From positions 3,678,131 to 3,742,130 of the forward strand of contig NC_134033.1 in the NCBI RefSeq assembly GCF_964204645.1: a stretch of DNA of 64,000 nucleotides, read 5' to 3'. Positions within the stretch are counted from its first letter, which is position 1. Every line of letters begins with the position of its first letter. The notes beneath the pieces were generated by a model. That model was not told the DNA's origin and did no database searches. It saw only the letters and a program-made list of their open reading frames with translations. Shown in pieces: positions 34,701 through 44,400 of the stretch. Made by a program: the position numbers and the translations under genes. The DNA is from Tubulanus polymorphus (Eukaryota > Animalia > Nemertea).

Positions 34701-35149
34701 AATAAATTTACGACTTTTCAAGTTTACGATAACTATATACCGTATTCAGGATCAGAGAAATACTGATTTCATATTTTTTACTTTTTGAATTGAATCCATT
34801 ATAGGCAACGTGGCCGTTCAATATCTCAAAGGATCTGGTGGGCGGGGTCCCTCTTTGACTTCATTTTGAGAGACAAGGTGTGTTTTCTTGCCTCAGAACA
34901 TTAGACCATAGTCTCATGACTTAAGATCACATTTGGACTCAGTTCATATCTGCGCAACGAGATTCTTAGATTTAAATGGTTAAAATCTATAGTTACCAAG
35001 ATCCTCGCGAGCTCTGTCGATGCCTTGCTCGTCTTCATGGTAGTGAACTTCATGTACATGTACATTCATTGTACATTTGTCACCGATTCGAACCAGTTCA
35101 GAATTTTCTACACTTATTTTTTGGACTTCTCTCCTCCATAGTACATGTG
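31718..35149 (-). CDS. NACHT-LRR protein (NLR) with an N-terminal RHIM-like motif; start codon uncertain
   Basis: Exon 34689-31718 has Walker A GEPGMGKTT, Walker B AIFFLDGFDEL, sensor-1 IVITTR, NPLIL, winged-helix FINKSVQEFLAA and ribonuclease-inhibitor-like LRRs (LKHLFL, LKSLRL, LRRLKL). Exon 35149-34997 joins in phase 1 (GT-AG). A probable non-coding exon donor lies at 35331. Confidence 0.88.
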
Positions 35150-35693
35150 CTGAAAAACAAAATATAAAATGCAGACATTTCATCGCAAAAGAACAAACGT
35201 TCAGATATTTTTCCTGACCTAATTTTCTTGTCCAGTTATTCCACAATTAGCCTCTAATCACACAACTACGAAACAGGTTTTCCAAACATGTCGATTCATT
35301 AAATACCGAATCAATCGTTCCTATTATTCACCTTTAAGGCTGTTTTCGATTGAACGTATTCCGCTATAGCAATATTAACTCGTTGATTACAAACTCACTA
35401 ACGGCTCTTTCTCTCAGGTTTACGAGTGATGCTATTTCGGAAAAGGCAGGGTGTATTCCGGAATCGGTGTAGGGACCACAAAACGAAACCTACCAAACTA
35501 TCTATTTTGTCCTTTTGATAAATCCTCTCCTATATACTGATATCCCGCGTATCCATAAAAAATGCGTAGTGCTAGTTTCAAGGGTTTGTCACGTATCAGT
35601 CGAGTATTATGTATATACATAATTCAACAAAGGACAATATCGACGCAGCCCTAATTCCGAGTTTAACTTATCTGTAAGTTCCAAATTCCATTA

Positions 35694-35695
<2 letters not shown>

Positions 35696-35762
<67 letters not shown>
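35696..35762. repeat. (TA)n microsatellite
   Basis: Seen directly. Confidence 0.99.
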
Positions 35763-35763
<1 letters not shown>

Positions 35764-37588
35764 GGCGTCATTGCAAAGTAATGAAACTATTTTTACAAAA
35801 TGTGAATAATGTTCAATCCTCAAGAGCTGAGCTGGTCGGTCTCGATTTAGGGTGAGAACCTGCCGATGACGCATCTAGGGTTGACCACTGTAGCGCTGAT
35901 TGCAGGGAATGGCAGGGACCTTTAGGATTCGAAGTTTTCTTCAAGAGGACCCCAGACCCTTCCCCTGTTAGGGCTTTTTTAGCCGACCAAAACCCCCGCC
36001 AATATTTCTCTTGCAGCCCTCGTAGGCCTATTGCAAAATCTTCTGCCATTTTCAAATGAAGTTCCCGTTTCAACTTCCAGGTCCACCCCTTCAATCCTTT
36101 GAAGACCACGAAGCTCTTCGATGGAATTAGTTTATGGCTTTCTTTCACTTCTCTAACTCCCTTAAAGGAAGATTAAATGCCCAGATTTTGGGGACTACTA
36201 TTGCCAGAAGACTAATTGGATGGGAACTGAATATCAGATGACAAAATGTCACAAGACTTAATGTACTGAATTCACGAAAGAATAAACCTTTGGTCATTTC
36301 ATAACAGCTTATATTATTCATGTGCCAAAAACGAATTTTTGAAATTGAAAGAACAGATAATTATAATTGGATGGGAACCAGTTGTCAGACGACTAAATGT
36401 CAGACGACTAAATGTACTGAATTCATGTAAGAATAAACCTTAGGTTACTTCATAACAGCTTATATTCATGTGCCAAAAACTAATCCTTGAAATTGAAAGA
36501 ACAGATAATTACAATATTTGGCCGGATATCAATGTAATATTTGATACAAATATTTTCAAAGAAAATCGATTCGTTATGTGTCCTTTTTTTGTGTCCGGAA
36601 AATCTTCGGGTGTATGGAATTAATAGAACTCGTTTTTTAATAAAGCGGGAATTGAGCACTGTTTCGCGACAGATCAAACCTGACAGTTGTCTGGCACTGA
36701 CATACAGAAGGTCGATGGTAGGTGTCTTCCTTAATTGTTTTTCTAAGATTTATGTGACGGTTAAAAATTTGTTCATTCTTGTATCTTAATGATTAATCGG
36801 TTCGGGATCAGAAATGCACCCAGCATGACCGTAAGATTTATGTACGTATCTTTGGTGGTAGACACGCTTTGTAACGCTTCCACTCACGAAGGATGGATCA
36901 ATGGTGAAACATTTAGTTTTGAATTTCATAAAAAAGCAGCAGTTATAGTTGATAAATCTACGGAAAAATATGTTCAAGACTCGCTCAGAATTATTTTTAA
37001 CACTTCTTTTTGGCAAACTAATTTGCTGGGGGAGGACCCAGACCTCACGCTGTCGGCTTCGCCTCCATAAGGTATCAATTTTGCGGAAAAGAACACCCCA
37101 CGCCAATATCACGTTACGGTCCTGAAAATGGTTACTTGACGCCTGTTGCCCAGAAGTTGAATCGAGTGGAATCGTACCACAGTTGCAACGAAGTTTAAAA
37201 CTTTCCAATATATTTAAGAGTCGTTGTCAGGTGATGTCAGCTTTCAATACATATAAAAACTAATAGGCCTAACATCAGTACACCGTGGTGCGATGTACTG
37301 GCTAAGTTCATCGCCGATTTATACACCGCGCTGCGGTGTAGATGCACTGAATGGGCAAATCCGTTTCCCACTGGTTAATTAAACAAACTTTAAGCAAACT
37401 GAGCCCCATATTACATATTATGCATAACTAACTTAAGTTTCATTTCACTACACTACATTACAATATAAATTCAAGGTATCTTCTACGGATAATACGATAA
37501 AAACCCCCACTATAAAAAACCACCTACAGATTAAAAGAATTTTAAAATCAAGAATTTATTTATTCGAATAATTTAAAATATATAAAAT

Positions 37589-37630
37589 ACACGACGTTTC
37601 GATCTCACCCCAGAGATCATCGTCAGGTGT
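37589..37630 (-). ncRNA. Minimal hammerhead ribozyme motif (PLE 1, inverted pLTR)
   Basis: Minus strand: acac-CUGACGA-u-gaucuc-uggggu-gagauc-GAAA-CGUC-gugu. Confidence 0.8.
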
Positions 37631-38569
37631 GAGATATAGACTAGAAACAGGGGTATATATTTTTCTATTCACTTTTGAATGGGAACAAAATGACCAAATT
37701 CCGTTTTTAGATGTTCTAATTCACAATAAATTTTCTCATTTGATTTTCTCAGTCTACCGCAAACCTATCAACGCCGAGGCATACCTTCACTTCTTTTCGT
37801 TTACTGCTAAATCAATCAAAATTGGTCTCGCTCAAGGCCTCTTTCTCCGTGCACTGCGGATCTGCGATGAAACCTTCCTTTCGGCTGAATTTGAACATAT
37901 ATCCAACTCTCTTAAAAAATTGGCTTACCCTGATCACATTTTGAAAATCGCTATTTCTAGGGCTAAACGAACTTACTTTAATTCTAAACCTCCTGAAAAT
38001 AAAAAAACACATTTCAGAATTCATTGTAGTTCCGTATGTACCTGTTTTGGAAAAGTTTCGCCACTCTCTCCCTTTATTGGAAAAACAAATTATTTTCAAG
38101 TATGAAAATAAAATTAGTAAGACTTTAGTAAAAACAATCAATCTAAACCTTTGGACTGCGGAGTTTACAGAATTCCTTGTTTTGGCTGTGATAAAATTTA
38201 CTTTGGAGAAACTGGTCGTGAATTAAAAACTCGAATTTCGGAACACAAAAAGGATATAATAAATCAAAAACCGGCTAGTGGCGGAGCCAATCACGTTTGG
38301 AACACTGGTCATCGTTTTAATTTTGATAAAGCCGAAATTATTTATACTTCCAGCAATTACACTAAACGCCACATAGTTGAGTCTGCCCTAATTACTCGTC
38401 ACTCAGATATTAGTACCAATTTAAATAATGGCTTTTCTCCGCGCAATTCCCTTCTTTCTAAGTATATTACTTCATGCCTTGCCAAACACTAATTATTTAC
38501 TCACTCACCAATTTACTCAATTAACCTGTCCTCCTCTGTATATATACCCCTGTTTTTAGTGAATATCTC

Positions 38570-38611
38570 ACACCTGACGATGATCTCTAGGGTGAGATCG
38601 AAACGTCGTGT
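38570..38611 (+). ncRNA. Minimal hammerhead ribozyme motif (PLE 1, 3' pLTR)
   Basis: acac-CUGACGA-u-gaucuc-uagggu-gagauc-GAAA-CGUC-gugu. Stem I is acac/gugu, stem II gaucuc/gagauc, with palindromic ACGU in place of stem III. Confidence 0.85.
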
Positions 38612-39056
38612 ATTCTATATATTTTAAATTGTTCGAATAGATAAATTCTTGATTTTAAAATTCTTTGTATCTGTAGATAGCGGGTTTTTATCTTATAAAC
38701 AATTACTTAATTACCTCGACAGACACCCCAGAGAAAATTTGATATCATGTGTGGTCAGCACCACTACACAATAGGTGTAATATAATAATAGCTTAGACGA
38801 CGCATAGATAATACGGACAAGTCCAGCCTTAAAAAATGCATTATGGACCATCCGTACAAAGCGTGTTCATTTACTATAGAAGTGAATAGGAGATCGTAAG
38901 ATATTACATCGAATTACGCCGGGAATCCCGTATTAACGAGAACGCGACTAAGCAAACATTTTCACAGGAAAATGCTTCAAGAAAAGTCGGGAATTATTAG
39001 ATTCATCGTAAGTAACCAGACGAGTAGTACTGCATAGGTTAACTATTTATTTGACG

Positions 39057-39097
39057 CACGAGCTTTCGCTTCTAACGAATAGAAGCTTCATCAGCTG
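39057..39097 (-). ncRNA. Minimal hammerhead ribozyme motif (stem I imperfect)
   Basis: Minus strand: cag-CUGAUGA-a-gcuucua-uucgu-uagaagc-GAAA-GCUC-gug. Confidence 0.65.
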
Positions 39098-39107
39098 AGT
39101 GATCATT

Positions 39108-39149
39108 CACCTGATGAAGCTTTTATTCATTTAGAAGCGAAAGCTCGTG
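39108..39149 (+). ncRNA. Minimal hammerhead ribozyme motif
   Basis: cac-CUGAUGA-a-gcuuuua-uucauu-uagaagc-GAAA-GCUC-gug, with palindromic AGCU in place of stem III. Confidence 0.8.
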
Positions 39150-39520
39150 CGTCAAATAAATAGTTAACCTATACTCAGTACTACTCGTCTCGTTACTTAT
39201 TTTTAACCTGGTTAACACGGCTACTCCACGGATCGATTCATCGTATTGCTGAGGTCTTCGTTGTAAGCCGAAACGTACTAACGAGACTCGACTGTGAATG
39301 AGGGATCCTGCGCCGGTCTTTGACGGCTGAACTTACAAATTTCGAGGTCCCGGAAAAGTGCACTTTCATTTTGAATTCTACAAAAGTTAACCGACGTGTT
39401 ATGTGACTAGTCACCCTCGGCTCAGAACTATCGATGCTTTTTCCCAAATAATCAGTGCGAGGAGGAGAGAATCCCACAAAGATAATAAAAAGTCCGAAAA
39501 TGAAACTTCGAGATAGTAGT

Positions 39521-39567
39521 TTATTTCAACGTTTCGACTATATCCTAATAGTCATCTTCAGGAATAA
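39521..39567 (-). ncRNA. Minimal hammerhead ribozyme motif (CUGAAGA variant)
   Basis: Minus strand: uuauuc-CUGAAGA-u-gacuau-uaggau-auaguc-GAAA-CGUU-gaaauaa. Confidence 0.75.
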
Positions 39568-40065
39568 TGAGATACTACAGAAATTATGAGATATATATAT
39601 ATACAATCCAGGGACAAATTCAGAGACTAATTCAAGTAATCAGAGATGATACAAACTAAAGGAAAATTAACGTAGAAACAGTTACACGCTGAAAAAGATT
39701 AAAGGGAAGCAAACTAAGGGGTGATTATAAACAACAATAGTGAGTATAAATATAAATGAAACTTAAAGTCAGTAGTAAAAAGAAAGACAAACTAGGGGGC
39801 ACTTAATTAAATTAAACCAAATGTGAATACAAGTTAAGTCAGAGACGAAATTGATGAGAGAACAATTAACAAATAATCAAAGGGGAAATCAAGTGTTGAG
39901 TTTAACCAGTTTACAGAGGAATTTTGATATAAGTTTATTATGGGGTGAAAAACCATTGTTAAGGTTTACAACGTTGTTCGAATTTTCAATAATTAATGCA
40001 GATTCCAAAATATGTTCCTCTTGGACATATGTTCCTCTATCTCTCATAATTTCTGTAGTATCTCT

Positions 40066-40112
40066 TTATTCCTGAAGATGACTATCAGGATATAGTCGAA
40101 ACGTTGAAATAA
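40066..40112 (+). ncRNA. Minimal hammerhead ribozyme motif (CUGAAGA variant)
   Basis: uuauuc-CUGAAGA-u-gacuau-caggau-auaguc-GAAA-CGUU-gaaauaa. Confidence 0.75.
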
Positions 40113-41035
40113 ACTACTATCTCGAAGTTTCATTTTCGGACTTTTTATTATCATTGTGGGATTCTCTCCTCATCGCGTCAACACGGATATTGTGTTCTAC
40201 CTATCGTAATCAGTGCGAAAATTGCATTTAACCGGAAAGATAACTAGTGCGTCAATATTAGGGTTTATTGCAAATATCGACATTTAAATGTTAAGAGGTC
40301 GATCCCATTAATGCGATGTATTTTTTATTGGTGTTGTTTGTTGAACTGCGTCAGTTTTATAGCTATTGTCAATAAAGGAAATGTAAGTTGTATAATTGCA
40401 GTCTTCAGTTTGAATACATGTAATCCTTTGAATGACGGAAACCCGTTTTTTCAGTGTCGATGAAACCTAGGCCGTTATAGGTATTGATAATTGAAGCCAC
40501 GTTCAAAATGTTGAGCGGAAAAATGGGCAGCCTTTTCAGAATTTTTTGGCATACCCTTTGTAGGATTTTTGGCAATTTGAGCCTGCCCTTGTTATGATAT
40601 TTGACAATAAAGAAGTTTCCAGTTTCTAGGCGCCATTTTTAAGGGCATTATTAACAATTCTTTACAATTCTTGTGATTATTTCTGGCCATTCAGGTTTTT
40701 TTAAAACTACTTTTGGCAAAGAATGTGCGCCTTTTCTAAGAATACAAGACCCTCTATTTATAGTTTTTTTCAATACCATAGGCTACTTACTTACTGAAAG
40801 TACTTTTTAGCCATTCTTTATAGATTTTTTGTTTGTTATAATTTCTGGCCTCGCAGGATTTTAGAACAATTTTTGGCGATGAATGTGCCCTTTTCTAACG
40901 AACCCTATTGAAATGCTCAATTATAAAAAAATATTAAAAATTTCTTTTTAAATCCTAGGCCACTTCTTTAGAATTTTCTTGTAATTATTTTTGCCCTCTC
41001 AGCACTTTTTTGATTCAAGGACTAAGGACTTCCAT

Positions 41036-41323
41036 CAGTCAGTCAGTCAGTCAGTCAGTCAGTCAGTCAGTCAGTCAGTCAGTCAGTCAGTCAGTCAGTC
41101 AGTCAGTCAGTCAGTCAGTCAGTCAGTCAGTCAGTCAGTCAGTCAGTCAGTCAGTCAGTCAGTCAGTCAGTCAGTCAGTCAGTCAGTCAGTCAGTCAGTC
41201 AGTCAGTCAGTCAGTCAGTCAGTCAGTCAGTCAGTCAGTCAGTCAGTCAGTCAGTCAGTCAGTCAGTCAGTCAGTCAGTCAGTCAGTCAGTCAGTCAGTC
41301 AGTCAGTCAGTCAGTCAGTCAGT
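41036..41323. repeat. (CAGT)n microsatellite, ~72 units
   Basis: Seen directly; it lies just upstream of the acceptor at 41373. Confidence 0.99.
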
Positions 41324-41450
41324 TAACTACGAGTTAAAATTCGAATGTTTTTTCTCATCATTTTCTTTTCTAGATGCTATTGAAACCGTTGTGTGAAATC
41401 GGCGGGACTCAGTGAATGAGAATCTAAAAATCGACGGAAACTCTCCGAAA

Positions 41451-44400
41451 ATGACTACGATTAGAATATCGCTGCTGGTGGCGTTGTTGATGGTTACCGC
41501 GGCGTCGCTCGTTTCTGCGCTAACTGAATTACGTCTGCCCGGCGCGATCACTGGCACTCACGTGGTGACGAAAGCGGGTGGGCCGTATTTGATAAAAACG
41601 CATCAAACGGTGAACGTGACGGGTTCGCTGAAAATCGAACCGGGCGCGATCATCCATTTCTGGCGCGGAGCCGGGCTCGTTTTGAACGCGAGCGGCGGCG
41701 CGCTGGAAATAGTCGGCACGGCCGCCGAGAAAATCTCGTTCATCTCGAACGAGACGTCGCCGATTCGAGAAGGTAATCGCACGAGGCGATGGGTCGGGAT
41801 TACGATTACGGCGACGGCCGATAATCGAGCGCTGACGATCGGACACGTGATTGTGCAGAACGCCGGGCAGACGGACGCGACGCAGACGGATCGAATCGCC
41901 GCCCTCAATATCTACGGTCACGGGGCGGATTTACGCGTTCATGACGTCAAAATCGAAAACTCATCTGCCGCCGGACTGTACGTCGATAGCGTTTGGATGA
42001 AAATCGCGTTGACGAACGTCGCGGTCGAAAACTGCAACGGCACCGGCGTGACGGTGTCTTCCTGGCGACGAAACGCGGTTTTGAAATCGGTGAAAGTGGT
42101 CGGGTGTAAAAACGGCGCGAAAATCCAAACGCCGACGAAGTTCCCGAACTCGGCGATCTCGTTTTGTAATTCGCAACCGAAATATCGACGTTTATCCGGA
42201 AGGGGAGTTTTAGCAGTTTCTTTCGATGCAAAGTACAATCCGAACCGAAACAGTTGTCAAATGGTACGTATATCCTTGAATAAACTACTGATGAACCCAG
42301 TTGCACAGTTACTGAACCCTGTTCCCAGTCCCGCTCTTCAGAACCGAATGGCGCATTGAACCCTATTCCACAATTATTCTGATCCCGATTCAACAGTTCA
42401 AGGGCACTTTGGTGTCCACACAGACGATGCTATTGGGAAACTGCGGCAGTGAAGTGCAACAATTATCTTTGTTGACAAAATAGAAATGTGCTGTCGAAAA
42501 AATTTCTGACGGACTCGTACAAGTCTTACTAGTCCCCCTGTATCATCCGCCCCTTGGTGGTTATTTACAAAGCTCAGGTCGAATTCTGACCGGTCGAATT
42601 CTGACTGGTCGAATTCTGACCGGTCGAATTCTGACCGGTTGAATTCCGACCGGTGGAATGCTGACCGGTCGAATTCTGACCGGTCGAATTCTGACCGGTC
42701 GAATTCTGACCGGTCGAATTCTGACCGGTTGAATTCCGACCGGTGGAATGCTGACCGGTCGAATTCTGGCAATAAATAAAGACATAGTTTGGTCAAAAAT
42801 TAAACAACTGGGCCCAAGTTCACAAAACTGTTAAACTCTAATGTTTGGTGTGATTCCGATTGGTTACTTCATGTTTTCAATGAGGACAACAATTCAAACT
42901 GAGCTGTTTTAGGCTTAAACTTTTTCGTGAAACTGGGCCCTGGGAACTGTTGAATTATGATACACCGAATAGATTTCGTATAATGATCCGGATTAATCGG
43001 TATTCGTTTATTCGTTGTTTTGCAGACGTTTGAAAGTGAAGCGGGAGACGTGGTGGAACTGTTACGAATCGATAAGAAGTGGTCTTCAAGTAAGATAGAA
43101 GTTCGAGACACCGCTTCCAGCGGCGCCTTGTTATATTCGGGAAGCATGACACAGTTTGAAACCGTCAAGAGTCCCTCGTCGAAAATGTGGGTCAACATGA
43201 CGGGGGGTTATTACTATAACCATCAATTTTGGGTTATTTCGCAGAAAAAAGGTAGAATATTTCGATGTTTTTTTTTTTTAGCTCTATCAGATTTAGACGA
43301 CAGTGGCCACTATTTCAACACGTTGACCGCGCGAGCCACGTGTATAGCCGCGATCATACCGAGCCGATTTGGCCCGTGTCCAATAAGAGAGCGCGTTCAT
43401 ACGTAAACTACTCACTCGATACTAATGCTCAAAAAATCGAAGTGAGCCATTTCCGGAAGCAGTTGCAATTCAAACGCAATCATCTGCCCCGTGCTAACAT
43501 TTGGCTCGGGTCTGGTCCGACATTATTGTTCGGGTTAAATTTCGCCCGATTTTGCCAAAATTTGCCTAATTTAGCCAAAAAGGCACGGGCAAGTTTTGGC
43601 ACCCGTGTGAACATCGCGGCTTATATGTATACGTGCCTGAGGTTTTCTGTACATTTGCCATACATATTCAGTGCGCACGTGTACACGTGTTGGCGTGGTG
43701 CCTACCCTACTGAAAGAATTTAATGGTTTTTTGTCTAATCCATACATGCGTACATTGAGAAAACCTGCCGTTAGGTGGGGTGGAGTAAGCAGGGGCATTA
43801 TATCGGATTTTTCTTCAGATTTCAAGTCAAATGTTTGGTAGATTGAGAAAACCAGGCGTAAGGCGGGGTTGGCAGTATGGAAGGGCGGTATATCGGGGGT
43901 TGATCTTATGTTTTCAAATCGGTAATTACGAAAGTCGACTAAACTGGTAATTAGAAAAATGTTAAGTTTTTCATCGATTTGTTTTTAGGTCATCAAATTT
44001 CGACGATCGAAGATTTCATCGCGCGAAACAACACTGAAAACGGACTGACGTTCGCCGGTAAACTCGGCGCCGTCTGCGTGAAGCGATCCAGTATCGACCG
44101 GTCGCGAATCGGAATCAAGTCGTCCGCGAATTCGCTCCTCGCGCTCAAACTCACGCGAACGAAGGTAACGCGCAGCGGCGAGTACGGAATATTCTTCGCG
44201 ACGAATTACAGAAACTTTTCCGAAATCGTTTTTCGCAATTGTGAATTCGTCGAAAATCGCGATTCGGCCATTCGATTCAACATCGATTTGTACAACAAGG
44301 TCAGCGTCGTAGTCGCCGATTCGAAGTTCGAATCGAACGGAAACGAGACGTCGAGAAACTCGATCGTCGAAGCGCGTATTTGCGGGAATTTAAATCGATC

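Larger units (their letters stand above)
37496..38692 (+). mobile_element. 5'-truncated Penelope-like retroelement (RT C-terminus + GIY-YIG endonuclease) with inverted pseudo-LTRs
   Basis: IPFLDVLI..VYRKP..YLHF..LRALRIC (37680-38000), then after frameshifts GVYRIPC..C.KIYFGETGR.LKTRISEH..ESALI (38151-38492). 37496-37660 is the reverse complement of 38540-38692. Confidence 0.92.
39011..39234. mobile_element. ORF-less palindromic Penelope-derived insertion with two hammerheads and an 11-bp TSD
   Basis: Hairpin 39011-39198 centred on ~39102. gattcatcgta is duplicated at 39000-39010 and 39235-39245, and there is a one-sided ~35-nt tail. Confidence 0.8.
39461..40206 (-). mobile_element. Severely 5'-truncated Penelope-like element (second family) with inverted pLTRs and a 12-bp TSD
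   Basis: 40014-39889 encodes HILESALIIENSNNVVNLNNGFSPHNKLISKFL.., homologous to the end of ORF 38151..38492. 39463-39592 is inverted at 40042-40171. taatcagtgcga occurs at 39449-39460 and 40207-40218. Confidence 0.88.

Noticed and set aside
35813-36148. 111-aa ORF as a gene
   Set aside because: No recognisable motifs. Part of the segment recurs rearranged at 63067-63244 and is probably repeat-derived.
36786-37208. Minus-strand ORF as the missing first coding exon of the NLR
   Set aside because: It has no recognisable domain and no convincing phase-1 donor. The resemblance (LWRR..REV..IS) to the RHIM exon is too weak to support.
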